A stretch of 64,000 nt of DNA, from contig OZ024756.1 in NCBI GenBank assembly GCA_964016885.1, forward strand, positions 43,896,001-43,960,000. Reading direction: 5' to 3'. The stretch is from Eledone cirrhosa. Taxonomy: Eukaryota. The translations under genes and the position numbers were made by a program. Positions 13,518-26,724 of the stretch are shown piece by piece (positions within the stretch are counted from its first letter, which is position 1; each line of letters starts with the position of its first letter). A model generated the notes under the pieces. The model saw only the letters and a program-made list of their open reading frames with translations. It did not search any database and had not been told where the DNA came from.

Positions 13518-13571
<54 letters not shown>

Positions 13572-13593
13572 TTATTATATATATATATATATA

Positions 13594-14008
13594 TCGTTTC
13601 TGAATTTGTTTAGCAAGATTCTTTATCTGAAATCGTGTGTTGAAATCGATATTGTTATACTTTGGGAGGGTCATGTTGCCAATAAGAAACACACGCACCA
13701 GTTGCTTTCACTTCAATTTATTATAATAAATTTATAATAAATTTATAAATTTATAAATTTCTGGTTGGTTGGTTGGTTCCACAACCAGATAGTTGTTTAT
13801 CATAGTTCTTTCGTCACACACTCTGTGACGAAAGAACTATGACAATATATAAACAACTATCTGGTTGTGGAACCAACCAACCAACCAGAAATTTATAAAT
13901 TTATAAATTTATTATAAATTTATTATAATAAATTGAAGTGAAAGCAACTGGTGCGTGTGTTTCTTATTGGCAACATGACCCTCCCAAAGTATCAAAGTAT
14001 AACAATAT
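13594..14008. mobile_element. Family B fold-back element (~360-bp palindrome)
   Basis: Palindrome 13649-14008 with loop 13819-13823; the right arm matches 24897-25068. Confidence 0.85.
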
Positions 14009-14049
14009 ATATATATACATATATATATACATATGGGGTCATACTTTTT

Positions 14050-14150
<101 letters not shown>

Positions 14151-14152
14151 GC

Positions 14153-14219
<67 letters not shown>

Positions 14220-14451
14220 TATATACATATGGGGTCATACTTTTTCCTATATATATATATATAAGCACACACATGTGGAGTATTATTGTTGTGATTAACT
14301 GAGACAAGCCACATTGTGCGCCGCTCCTCCTCCCACTCAATCTGCCGCCCACAATAAGAAAATCTAAACAAAATGGTGAGATAGATTAAAATATTTGACA
14401 AAACTGTCGTCTGGAAATATGGTTGTTAAAACATTGATAACGACTTAGCTG

Positions 14452-14721
14452 GGGTGTTGGTGGTGGTGGTAGTAGTGGTAATGGTAATGGTAGTGGTGTT
14501 GGTGGTGGTATTGGTGGTGGTGGTCGTGGTGGTCGTCGTCGTGGTTGTGGTGGAGGTGGTGGTGGTGGCGGTAGTGGTGGCGGTATTGGTGGTGATGGTA
14601 GTGGTGGTAGTGGTGGTTGTGGTGGAGGTGGTGGTGGCGGCGGTAGTGGTGGCGGTATTGGTGGTAATGGTAGTGGTGGTGGTGGTGGTTGTGGTGGTGG
14701 TGGTGGTGGTGGTGGTGGTGG

Positions 14722-14752
<31 letters not shown>

Positions 14753-14800
14753 GGTGGTGGTTGTGTTGGTGGTGGTAGTGGTGGTGGTTGTGTTGGTGGT
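14452..14800. repeat. (GGT)n microsatellite
   Basis: Direct reading. Confidence 0.95.
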
Positions 14801-15163
14801 AATTAAATACCCAAGAAGTACAGTGAAATTTAAAGACTTTCTTCGTATTTGTGCCTCAGAAATCTCTGCTGCAATAATTCTAACATTTAAAGGTGGTCGG
14901 TTATATAACTACATTCCTAAAATAAATGGTTTCCCTGAAACCTTTTTAAAGAATTCCAAGACACATTTGCTTCTACACTCCCAAACCAACTAGCAAAAAC
15001 AGAAAGAAAGAATAAAGGGTTATAAAACTCTAGTTAATTCGTTTCTACAAACCCTTTGATAGACGATTTGCCGATGTTAAGCCCACGAAAGGGGACAACA
15101 TTGGTGAAACCAAATATAATGTAGAGACAACATAATAGAAATATAGACCAGTTGTTTTTACTA

Positions 15164-15711
15164 CGAGGGTCGGATGAAAAGCACATAGGCTAAAATGCTA
15201 ATAGGCTAAAAAGTCCATAGGCTAAACGGTTAATAGGCTAAAAAGTTCATGAGCTAAAAAGTTCAGAGGCTAAACGGTTAATAGGCTAAAAAGTCCATAG
15301 GCTAAACAGTTAATAGGCTAAAAAGTTCATGAGCTAAAAAGTCCATAGGCTAAACAGTTAATAGGCTAAAAAGTTCATGAGCTAAAAAGTTCAGAGGCTA
15401 AACGGTTAATAGGCTAAAAGTCCATAGGCTAAACTGTTAATAGGCTAAAAAGTTCATGAGCTAAAACGTTCAGAGGCTAAAAAGTTCAGAGGCTAAAAAG
15501 TTAATAGGCTGAAAGGTTAATAGGCTAAAAAATTCAGAGGCTGACCAATATACTCTCATGGAATGACCAAATGAGTTTAATTTTTCAACATAGTCCCCGG
15601 AAAGAAAGAATGCTGTTATTATTAAGAAGAATTAAAATTAATACATGAAAGATTTCACAGCCTAGCATGACTCCTTCATAGAGAGCCTATAAACTTTTCA
15701 GTCAACCCTCG
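15164..15711. mobile_element. Tc1/mariner-type MITE with an internal ~17-bp tandem array
   Basis: TA|CGAGGGtcggaTGAAAAG at the left and CTTTTCAgtcaaCCCTCG at the right; array of ataggctaaaaagttc units 15185-15545. Confidence 0.65.
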
Positions 15712-15845
15712 TTATTTTATCGACCCCCACAAGGATGAAAGGCGAAGCCAAGCTCGGCGGGATTTGAACTCAGAATCTAAAGGGATGTAACTAAATACCA
15801 CACAGCATATTGTCCGATTCTCTAGCGATACTGCCCTAATCTACC
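15712..15845 (-). mobile_element. SINE family 1
   Basis: Core plus B box. Confidence 0.75.
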
Positions 15846-16129
15846 CCGCCCCCGCCCTCTAACCTCAACAAATAAAAATAATAATAATAATACTAGTAAT
15901 AATAACAAGAGTTGGGTAAATTAGGCAGGGAGTTAGGAAGTCAAAATATATGTTGATAAGATGGAAAGAGAGCGAATGGAGGCGTCGGTCCTTTTGTTTG
16001 TACAAATGGTGGATCTTATGAAGGGTAAATATTGTAATAGGTGTGGGGTGGCGGTGCGGTGGTATTTAAACTCTAATACTCAAATATTGCATTGGCGTTT
16101 ATCAGATAAGATTAAATATATAAATGTAT

Positions 16130-16219
<90 letters not shown>

Positions 16220-16306
16220 TAATCGTTGACGCAGTGGCCCAAAATCAAAATTTAAACAAGACACATAAACACGCGCACCATTGAGTACGACTAACTGATA
16301 AGCATT

Positions 16307-16409
<103 letters not shown>

Positions 16410-17017
16410 TGTGTGTGTATACATACATACACAAACACACACATATATATATATATAATGTTTATCAGTTAATGGTTGCTGCAGTGGTTATGATATAAAT
16501 ATGTTTAAACTATAACATAAGGCTCACGAGACATAATAAGGTTCTTAAAATATGTTAAATAAATAAGAGAGGCAACTAAATATTTGTGGAGAATTTTACC
16601 TGACTTAGTGTCACCTTTATTATTTATCACGTGATAACATGTTATCACATATCGTATATCATCACATATCATCACATATTATCACATATCCTCTTTTAGA
16701 CACCACAAGTCATTACATATCATCACATATCCGCTATTAGTCATCACATACTATCACATATCAGCTTTATCTAGAGTTGAATCCAAGTTCCCAAGTGCAT
16801 CACACTTGTATAACACGGCCCCCGAGGATCACAGACAGCCCTCACACATGTACACAGACCCTGGCAAGTACGACTTGATATGAAGTTTCGATAACCGTCC
16901 ACGGGAATCGAACCACCAATTTGTTATTTGCAAAACGATCACATTATCGATTATTGCAAAAAGGTTGTGAACATGTACGTGCTTCCATAGAAACATATGT
17001 AGAGACACGTATTCTGC

Positions 17018-17093
17018 ACGGGGTCGATAAAATAAAGTACCAGTCATGCACTGAGGTAATTGCTGGCCTTGTGCCAAAAGTAGAAACAATTAT
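17018..17093 (+). mobile_element. SINE family 1, 3' part
   Basis: ggggtcgataaaataaagtaccag...gtagaaacaattat. Confidence 0.75.
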
Positions 17094-17253
17094 GCGTGAA
17101 TAAGACTAGCTGACGAAGTCAAGAAACCTTAGGCAAGTCACAAGACTGGCAAAATGACACGGACTCACATCCCGGAAGTTGGAAATCTTATATGTTAGTT
17201 ATATAGCTGAGGTGAATCTCTCATGCATAAAGTAGAGATGGAATAACGACCTC

Positions 17254-17297
<44 letters not shown>

Positions 17298-17557
17298 TTT
17301 CTTTATTAACCACAAGGGTTTACATAAAGTAGACATTAAGGACAGTGCAGGACAATGCAGGACGGTACAAATGGGCATTTCTGCGTGTAAAAAAACAAAA
17401 ACAGAGGATGTAACAAAAATAACAATGAAAATAACAATGAAAAATTCCCCAATAGGGGGGAGACTTCGGAGGGACATTTGTGGAGAAAGCCCAGTAAAAA
17501 GCCACAATGACCCTGACCACCAAGGCAAGTGCCCTCTCCCAGTTTTCCACCTTTAGT

Positions 17558-20500
17558 TTACAGATATATACTCAGAGTCGGCCCATTCACTCGGGCCATT
17601 CTTGCTTCTCTCACCCATCTTTCAACAAAATGCTGGGAAGAGAGCACTTCCCTCTCTACTCTGATTTTCCTTTTCAAATGAAATTTGAAAAAGTCAATCA
17701 GAGCATCACCGAAGAGGTAAGTGCTCGTCTTCAGCCCTTTCAAACGTGTCCACCATACTATCTCTTTCGCCATGGCCACCAGACAGATAAAAACTGCCTG
17801 CCCTTCCCGGCTAAAGGAGGAGGGCGGGGCAATCCTCACGATGGACTCAGATGATAGCTGGATCCGTCCTAAACGCGACAGCAGGTGTTCGACATAAACC
17901 CACAAGTCAGCAATTTTCGGACACTGGACGAGTGCGTGCAGGACGGTTTCGTCGCCCTGCGCGCATCTCGGACATGCCCGGCTGACGGCACCTCCATGCC
18001 TGTAGAGTTTATCCCGAACTGGCAAGGCTCCTCGGTAGCACTGCCAGGCCAGAGATTTCTGGAAGTTGTCCATAGGCCCTGGCCCGAAAGTTCTTCCGAA
18101 GAGATTGGCTAGTTGATTTTCGTCGACGCCTAGAGTTTCCCCAAGTACGTCGTCGCTCTTCCCCTCCACTAATCCTCTATAGAACGCCGAGGTGGAGTTT
18201 CCACCGATCACATTGCCCGATTGGTCGAGGGCTGTGAGCGCCTGAAGACATTCCAGTCTCCAGGCGCTCCCTCTCGGTCTTCGCTTGACCCAGGACTGCA
18301 GCTCCGTCAAGGAAACGAGCTGGGGAAAAACGCGTCTAGCAAACGGCGACCACACCTGATCACCGTCGAGGAAGAGGTGGAGATGTCGTAGCCTGAGCGC
18401 GTGCCTGCGCATCATCAGCCACGGCATGCCCAGCCCTCCACGTAGCGGGTGTTGACAACAGATGGACCGCCTGACCATCGGAGCACGTCCCTTCCACAAA
18501 AAGCGAAAGAGCAAACGCTCCAGCGCAGTCAGGCGAGGCTTAGGACAAGGTACGACGGTTAGGCGGTAGCAGATGACAGACGCGATGTACGCGTTAGCCA
18601 CCTCCGCTCGACCTTTCAGGGATAGCTTCCTCTCGGCCCATTTCTGGATGAGAGAAGCCACCCTGCTCGTCACCTCGTCCCAGTTTTTGTCCGTCTGGAG
18701 GTCCGGACCGAACCAGACCCCTAGCAATTTAACCGGTCCGTCCGTCCAGCGCCCGACGACGCTGTTGGACGGCATGGACCTGCCTCTCCAGGTGCCGAGC
18801 TGCAGGCCCACTGACTTTTCCTGGTTGATCATTGCTCCTGTCACCGCTTCGTATTCTCTTAGTGTAGTGCCGATCGCCTCGATGTGTTTGGCGTTCGACA
18901 CCACTACGGTGACATCGTCCGCATATGCTGACACGGATCTTCCGCATCCTAGTTCGCGCGGGACTCCCCTCAACGTCTCCAGTTTGTGCAGTAATGGCTC
19001 GAGAGTCAATACGTACAAGAGGGACGAGAGGGGACATCCTTGGCGGACCGAGCGCATGATGTTGAACGGTTCCGACAGGTGACCGTTCACTCTCACCACA
19101 GAGCAGATGTCGCTGTGCATGGCAGCGATCCAGTCTCTGAAGACGGGCCCAAAGCCAGCCGCCCTCAGGACTGCCGCTAGGTAACGATGGTCGACCCTAT
19201 CGAAAGCTTTCGACTGATCTAAATTGATCAAGGACCCACCCGTGCCAGGTTCCCTAGCTACCCTCTCTACGATGTATCGCATGAGGTGGAGGTTGTCGTG
19301 GATGGATCTGTCGGGAATGGCGCATGTCTGCGCCTCTCCCACCAGACCACCAACGACAAGCGCCAACCTCTTTGCTAGCACCTTGGCCAAAATCTTAAAC
19401 TCTGTGTTTAGCAGAGTTATGGGCCGGAAATTTTCTATGTTATCCCCCTTGTTCGGATCCTTTCTCAGCAGTGCCACCGCTCCTCGGCTCACAGAACTGG
19501 GAATTCTCCCGTTCTGTTGCCAGTTGCAGTAGACGTCCGCCAAGAGGCCTCCGAACAAGTCTGGCATCTGTACGTAAAGTTCATAGGGCAGACCATCCAA
19601 ACCAGGCGATTTACCCCTTGTGCAGCCAGTCATTGCCTCCCTTACTTCAGCGGCTGTTATCGGCTTTTCGCAACACTTCGCCTCAGTGGCCGAGAGCCGC
19701 GGCAGTCCGTCGAGGTAGACACTAAAGTCCATCCCTCTACCCGGCCCCCCGCTGCCTCCGAACAGCTGAGCGAAGTGTCGCTGAAAAGCTTCACACATTT
19801 GCCCGGGATCGAGTAGCATGCGCCCGTCGTGGTCCACCAAAGACCGGATCGTGGCTTTGTTGCCACGACGCGCCTCCGCCACTCGGGCCCATTGAACGGC
19901 TTTCGTCCCCTCGTGTCTGAGAGCACGCACCCTAGCTCTGACAACGCAGCCTTCGTGCTTTGCATTGAAGAATTGGTCAAGGGCCAATTTCGCCGCAAGC
20001 ACGTCGGTCGCAATGCCTTTACTAAGCGCCTCGTCTAATTTTCTAACTAGTTCTCCCTCTGCTCTATTTTTCTCTATTGCTAAAGCCTTACTAAACCTAA
20101 TCGATTCTATTCTAATCGCTCTTTTCAGAGCAAACCACCACTTGTTGTTGACGATGGCCCCCGTCAACGCCCGCTTAACTAGTTCGCTAATCCGGTCTCT
20201 GTAGGCCTTGCACGCTGGTAAGGACGCGTTTAGTTTCCAGTAGCCGGGTCCTCGTCTATGAAGCCTATCTAAGTCAAGCACACAGGTCACGAATTTGTGG
20301 TCCGTGTAGCTGACTATCTTGAATTGTGGACAGCCTATGCTAGACCTATCTATTTCCCTACAAAATACTCTATCTAGATATGATCTGGATGACCCTATAC
20401 GGTTTGTCCAAGTCCACATTGGCACATTCGGGAAATCCAATCGGTACCTGTCAGACAGTTCAAAACGCCTGAGCAGGTTGGTGAGGCTCTTGCACCCTCC

Positions 20501-20977
20501 ACCCCTATCCGCTAATCCCACACAGTCCCAGCGTGCATCTAAGATCCCGTTCCAGTCGCCCACTAACACTAAAGAGCGGGACGTTCCAAGAAAGGTCTCC
20601 AGACGCCGGAAGAAATCAGGCCGCCCTGCTCCTGTCGGGGCATAGACGGTCACTAGCCTGAAAGCTTGCCCGTCTCCGCTGGTCAAGTCCAGCACCACCA
20701 GCTTACCCTCTGGGTCCAGGAAGATGGCCCGTATGGCGAGATCCAAACCTCTCCGAAAAAGCACAGCAACTCCTCCACCCGATCCAGGACGGCTGGGAGA
20801 TGCGTACACATCGTAGCCGCCGAAGATCGGTGCGAAGGCCCGTGCTTCGGAGATTCTGGTCTCGCTGATGGCCACTACATCTATGTTTAGTGACCTGAGG
20901 TCGTTGAGCAGGTGACCCTGCTTCCATGACGACCCCAAGCCACGCGCATTTATGCTGCCTATTCTGAGTGAGGTCAT
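17558..20977 (-). CDS. LINE ORF2: APE endonuclease, reverse transcriptase, C-terminal zinc motif
   Basis: Intact 1139 aa; NARGL, SET, GDWN, YLD and TDH endonuclease motifs; KSPGLDG, QGCPLS, YADD; CPRC..ETVLHALVQC. Confidence 0.97.
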   Translation of the reverse strand: MTSLRIGSINARGLGSSWKQGHLLNDLRSLNIDVVAISETRISEARAFAPIFGGYDVYASPSRPGSGGGVAVLFRRGLDLAIRAIFLDPEGKLVVLDLTSGDGQAFRLVTVYAPTGAGRPDFFRRLETFLGTSRSLVLVGDWNGILDARWDCVGLADRGGGCKSLTNLLRRFELSDRYRLDFPNVPMWTWTNRIGSSRSYLDRVFCREIDRSSIGCPQFKIVSYTDHKFVTCVLDLDRLHRRGPGYWKLNASLPACKAYRDRISELVKRALTGAIVNNKWWFALKRAIRIESIRFSKALAIEKNRAEGELVRKLDEALSKGIATDVLAAKLALDQFFNAKHEGCVVRARVRALRHEGTKAVQWARVAEARRGNKATIRSLVDHDGRMLLDPGQMCEAFQRHFAQLFGGSGGPGRGMDFSVYLDGLPRLSATEAKCCEKPITAAEVREAMTGCTRGKSPGLDGLPYELYVQMPDLFGGLLADVYCNWQQNGRIPSSVSRGAVALLRKDPNKGDNIENFRPITLLNTEFKILAKVLAKRLALVVGGLVGEAQTCAIPDRSIHDNLHLMRYIVERVAREPGTGGSLINLDQSKAFDRVDHRYLAAVLRAAGFGPVFRDWIAAMHSDICSVVRVNGHLSEPFNIMRSVRQGCPLSSLLYVLTLEPLLHKLETLRGVPRELGCGRSVSAYADDVTVVVSNAKHIEAIGTTLREYEAVTGAMINQEKSVGLQLGTWRGRSMPSNSVVGRWTDGPVKLLGVWFGPDLQTDKNWDEVTSRVASLIQKWAERKLSLKGRAEVANAYIASVICYRLTVVPCPKPRLTALERLLFRFLWKGRAPMVRRSICCQHPLRGGLGMPWLMMRRHALRLRHLHLFLDGDQVWSPFARRVFPQLVSLTELQSWVKRRPRGSAWRLECLQALTALDQSGNVIGGNSTSAFYRGLVEGKSDDVLGETLGVDENQLANLFGRTFGPGPMDNFQKSLAWQCYRGALPVRDKLYRHGGAVSRACPRCAQGDETVLHALVQCPKIADLWVYVEHLLSRLGRIQLSSESIVRIAPPSSFSREGQAVFICLVAMAKEIVWWTRLKGLKTSTYLFGDALIDFFKFHLKRKIRVEREVLSSQHFVERWVREARMARVNGPTLSIYL

Positions 20978-21012
20978 GTTTAAAATAGAGTGGAAAAGAT
21001 GGGAAAGACCAC

Positions 21013-23104
21013 TTACCGTACTTTTGGTAGAGGAGGGATGGTTTTTACATCCCTTTTCACTTGATCGTCTGGTGAAGGGACCGTTGAATCGTCCCTTCGG
21101 CTGGTCGTCGGCTCTTCTAAGAGAATGTCTGAGTATACTCTTCGATTGATGGTTCCTCCTAGGTCCCTGAAATCACCAACTGCGTTGGGGAATTTCGTTT
21201 TAATGTTTGTGTATTGTTTCTGTGCTATTTTTAGCAGTCTTATGTTAGTTGGCGTTTTGATTGGTGCTGGTATTATGTAGTCCTGTTGTGAAATGTCTGT
21301 GTGTTCAATTATGTAAGTCATTAGTTTCTTGTTGTGTGTATTTATTGCCGTGCATTTGTTTTTCTGGGGGTGGGGTGTGGTTCTGCTATTTTCTTGTCGT
21401 TGTTGCTGGGTGTGTGTGTTTTGTTGTTGTGTTTGCGATGTTGGTGCTTGTGGTGTTGAAGGTGTTGTTGGCGGTGGGGTTGTCGCCGGTGGTGATGGTG
21501 GTGCTGGTGTGGGTGGTGATGGTGTTGGTGGTGTTGCTGCTGTGGGTCTCTTTGCAGTAGACTTTACCCTTTTCTCATTTCTTTCCTCCCTTTTCAAAGG
21601 CGACGATGCGCTGCTTCTGCGTTTGTGCCTTCTTGCGACCTTTTGCCATCCCTCTCCCACCTCACACTCCATGTCTGATTTTGTGAGGTCGGGGAGGGGT
21701 ACCAGCTCCACTCTTTCACTTGTTGTTGTTGGTGATGTTTGCACTGGAGTCTCTGTTGCAGCTGCATTTGGTATTGCTGTTGTTGTTGTTAGTATTTCCA
21801 CTGCTGCTGCTGTTTTTGATTTCCGTGGAGTGGGTATGGGTGCCACGGGCCTATCGTTCCTGGTTGCCGCTTGTCCTGTTGCTGGTAGCCGTGGAGCCGG
21901 ATTCGGAAGGAGGGGGGTTTTCTCCTTTCTCAGGGTCTTCTCGTTGCAGAAGGCCCTGAGGTGAGTCTTCGATCCACAGCGAAAGCATTTCGGGCGTTTG
22001 CCCTCAACACTTATGGGCAGTTGAGTGCCGTTATCGAAGTCTATCACATCCGGGATAGCTTCGATGCACTCCTGGTTGGTTTGGATTAGCATCTCAATGG
22101 AGGAGCCGACCCAATCTTCTCTTACCTTTTTCTGTACTTGCAGTACAGTTGTTTTGTCCTCGATTCCGACGAGGACAGACGCGGCCAGCCAAGAAGGGGT
22201 CATTCCGGGGGGGGACGTGGGTCAGTTTGACCCTCACAATTTTTTGCCCACAGTAGGAGGGCACCAACACCATTTCCTCGCTCCTTAGGGTCACTACTGA
22301 TTGGGCCTTTGCCTCCTGGGGTGTGGCAAAAAGTACGTCTACGGTGGCATATTTTTTGCCTCGGGTGATGTGCGTTTTCCGCTGCCACACAGACCCCAAG
22401 GCTTTTTGTATTTGGGCCTCTGTGGCTCTTTCCACCCTACGAGATTTTGTACTTACTGTACGGTACGTGACCGTACAGTGCTCTTGGGTTTCGAAAAATT
22501 TTTCCGCTGCCTTGCAGATTGCTCGGTGTCCGTTCTTTGTCACCATCTTCTTCGCTTCCTCTAATTCCTCATTTGTTATGAGGATTGTTTCCAAGTTTTT
22601 CGCAATACCTGCAAATGAGATTGGTTTTTCTCTGCTGTTGTTGTTGTCGTCAGAGCTGCTGGTACTTTTGTTGTTGCTGCAGGTACTACGACTACTGCCT
22701 CCGCCGCTGTTGCTGTGGTTGTTGTTGGTGTTGCTGCTGCTAATGCTGTTGTTGTTTATGCTGCTGGTGATGCTGTTGCGGCTGCTACTGTTGTTTTCAT
22801 TGTCACTGTTGCTGTTGTTATTACGGCTGCTACTGCTATTATTCCTGACGTCAGACGAATGAACTGGGTTTTCGTATTTCCCGCACACCTGTTTCGTCGC
22901 TGTCGTCGTCGTCGTGGAGAAACCTTGCACGCTTTGCACGAGACTTTTCTTTTCTTTCGTCACTTGCGAAAGAGAAGGGAGGGAGAGAGACACATTTAAA
23001 GAAGGGAGGGAGAGAGACAATCTTCTCTCTGCTGTAGTGATGATTGAGGAAGAAGAAGACGGAATGAGTGGGAGTGACCTATGAAATTTCTTTTTCGTAG
23101 CCAT
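21013..23104 (-). CDS. LINE ORF1 (gag-like, CCHC knuckle), split by a single-base frameshift at ~22207-22214
   Basis: ORFs 22094-23104 and 21013-22203 join if one C is removed from a C8 run; CFRCGSKTHLRAFC knuckle. Confidence 0.8.
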
Positions 23105-23427
23105 GTTGTTTTTTGTTTAAAATGAAATTTTGGGTACAAAACCCCAATAACTGGTTATTTAACCCCGAAGGGCCAAATAACGGACAGAAAGACCCCTCTC
23201 ACGAGGAGGAGGGTGTCTTTATCAACAATTTGGTTCAAGTTTTAAACAATTTACAATTGTTTTAACGGTTAAAAATTACTATACCTTACAGAGCCGAGCC
23301 TCCGTCAACCATGGCATTCAATAATAATAATAATAATAGAAACAACAACGGTTTGTAATGACCTCAACTAAGTTTACAACAATATCATTATCAACGATAC
23401 AAATACCAACTGTAGCAACAGAGAGGA

Positions 23428-23640
<213 letters not shown>

Positions 23641-23751
23641 GATAAATAACAGAAACATAATCCCCAAACCATCAAAATCTCTTCAGAATCAATGTATATA
23701 ATTGGACAGTTGACATATATATATATATATATGTGTGTGTGCGTGTATATG

Positions 23752-23832
<81 letters not shown>

Positions 23833-23993
23833 GTATATATATATATATGTATGTATGTATATATATATATATGTATGTATGTATATATATATATATGTAT
23901 GTATGTATATATATATATATGTATGTATGTATATATATATATATGTATGTGTGTATATATATATGTATGTATATATATATGTATGTATATATG

Positions 23994-24042
<49 letters not shown>

Positions 24043-24315
24043 GATATTAATAAATGGAAACTATATTTATAAAACCATATTTATTTCATTATACATATTT
24101 CAGGGATACCATATTAAATTATGGTATGCCTTCATCAGACAAAATACAATATATAACAGTTTTACAAATAGCTTTGACGTACCCTTTTAAAATACAACCA
24201 TTACTTTTTTTCCATTTATTAATATCGTATATCTACTCCAAAAACTTGTCGAGTGCTTTATATCAGTTATAAAAATATTTACTTGTTGTATCCCAACAAC
24301 TTTAAATAGATCTTT

Positions 24316-24376
<61 letters not shown>

Positions 24377-24620
24377 ATATATATATATGTATGTATGTAT
24401 ATATATCTATATATATGTATGTATATATGTATGTATATATATATATATATGTATGTATGTATATATATATCTATGTATGAATATATATAAGTATGTATAT
24501 AAATATGTATGTATATATATATATATATATAGTGAAAAATGAAACGGGAACAAAACAGAGAGGCAGTACGAACAAAGGTTTATTAGTTTCACGCTCTTGA
24601 GAGTGGGGGGGGGGAGGCTG

Positions 24621-25092
<472 letters not shown>

Positions 25093-25093
<1 letters not shown>

Positions 25094-25185
25094 ACGAAGG
25101 AAATGTGATAAGGAACCAGGTGGACCATAACGCACCAAAGTACTCAATACTTAGGGTAGTAGAGTGGGGTCCTACTCGTTCCTAT
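25093..25185 (-). mobile_element. Family A terminus with the hairpin deleted
   Basis: Matches 4168-4364 without the interior between gggt microhomologies. Confidence 0.75.
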
Positions 25186-25256
25186 ATATATATATATATA
25201 TAAATATATATATATATACATATATTTAAAAGAATAGAGGTGTACATACATATATA

Positions 25257-25330
<74 letters not shown>

Positions 25331-25596
25331 GATTTCACCGAGTTTATATTCATAGAAATCTGGGACTTGTCTCTTTCTTCTCACTTTCTGTTGCTTAAAC
25401 CATTTTGTTTGTTCACCCCAGCGTCCCCTTTATTTACGTGTCCCAACGACTTTTTTTAGCCGTTGTTCGCACCAACCTGAGGTATATGGCCTTTAAAGTG
25501 ATGAAATGCCTAGGACGGTTGGAAGGCCACTGATGAAGGACTTACTTTTTCATATGTAACCCATTTGCAACGCCGCAGCTCCATTATTATCATATT

Positions 25597-25721
<125 letters not shown>

Positions 25722-26238
25722 GACAGTCGATCGACTTTCGTCAAATAGGACCGAGGAAACAATGTTTCTGTTTGTCTTTCCAATTGCTAATACTATCTAT
25801 CGGTCGCAACTCCAGGTAAAAGAAGCAACGTGAAATAAAGTGTCTTGCTCGAGGACATAACGCATTACCCGTGGATGTAAATACAATTTTGTGAGATATA
25901 AAAGTTTCGTCAACAACGTTGATAACTAACATGTCTTCTGAAGCTGTTTCCTGGCTCCCTTCTCTCCCTTACCCCCTTCTCCACCCATCCCCGACCCCTA
26001 CCACCATCTCCCACCCCAGGCCCACCCTATCATCACTTTCCTTCTCTTCTTTCACTTATGTAACACACATCTATATTCCTCTAGACCGTCATCTAATGTT
26101 ACGGTCTATGGAATGTCCTTATTTCATGGCCTCACCAATATTCTACAACAACCAGATGTTATTCTTTCTTCCTGCAACTCTCTTAATGACGCAACTCTTA
26201 TTGTTTCTTATCTTTATGATGTTGTTGTTGTTGTTGTT

Positions 26239-26293
<55 letters not shown>

Positions 26294-26401
26294 TGGTCGT
26301 TTATTCTGTCAAAATATTTATTTCTCACTCGAAATTTTCCGTTTTCACACATTGTCATTGTGTCATCTACACTGTGTTACTTTCAGATATATATATATAT
26401 C

Positions 26402-26456
<55 letters not shown>

Positions 26457-26724
26457 GAATACGGAATTATCCAATTCCTCTATTATCTCTTTCCACCAGA
26501 GTCCCAAATAATCTGTCCTAGTTGCCCCACCCCCCTCACCCCCGCCTCCACCCTAGTTTAAATGACATTTTAATGTCTCTGTTAAAATGTTTGACAACAC
26601 CAAAGAGACTCTTACAGAAAATCTCCACAATATAATTTGAGGTCATCTATTGGTATGTGGGAGGTGAATCTGTGCCTCCTTCCCCTGTGTACTAACCTAA
26701 ATTGTTTACCATACTTTGCAGCAA

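Larger units (their letters stand above)
11941..13519 (+). mobile_element. Family A element with ~400-bp inverted repeats around a ~700-bp non-coding spacer
   Basis: Arms 11941-12339 and 13040-13437 are near-identical reverse complements, each with a hammerhead; (TA)n on both flanks. Confidence 0.85.
17254..23337 (-). mobile_element. Full-length L1-group (Tx1-like) non-LTR retrotransposon within (AAT)n
   Basis: 5' UTR, ORF1, ORF2 and 3' UTR with AATAAA; (AAT)n at 17254-17295 and 23320-23337. Confidence 0.92.

Noticed and set aside
17885-22999. Plus-strand ORFs within the LINE
   Set aside because: Antisense shadows of ORF1 and ORF2
25480-25560. CTGATGA as a hammerhead core (similar cases at ~45230-45285 and ~47300)
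   Set aside because: No convincing GAAA/NUH placement or helix I pairing
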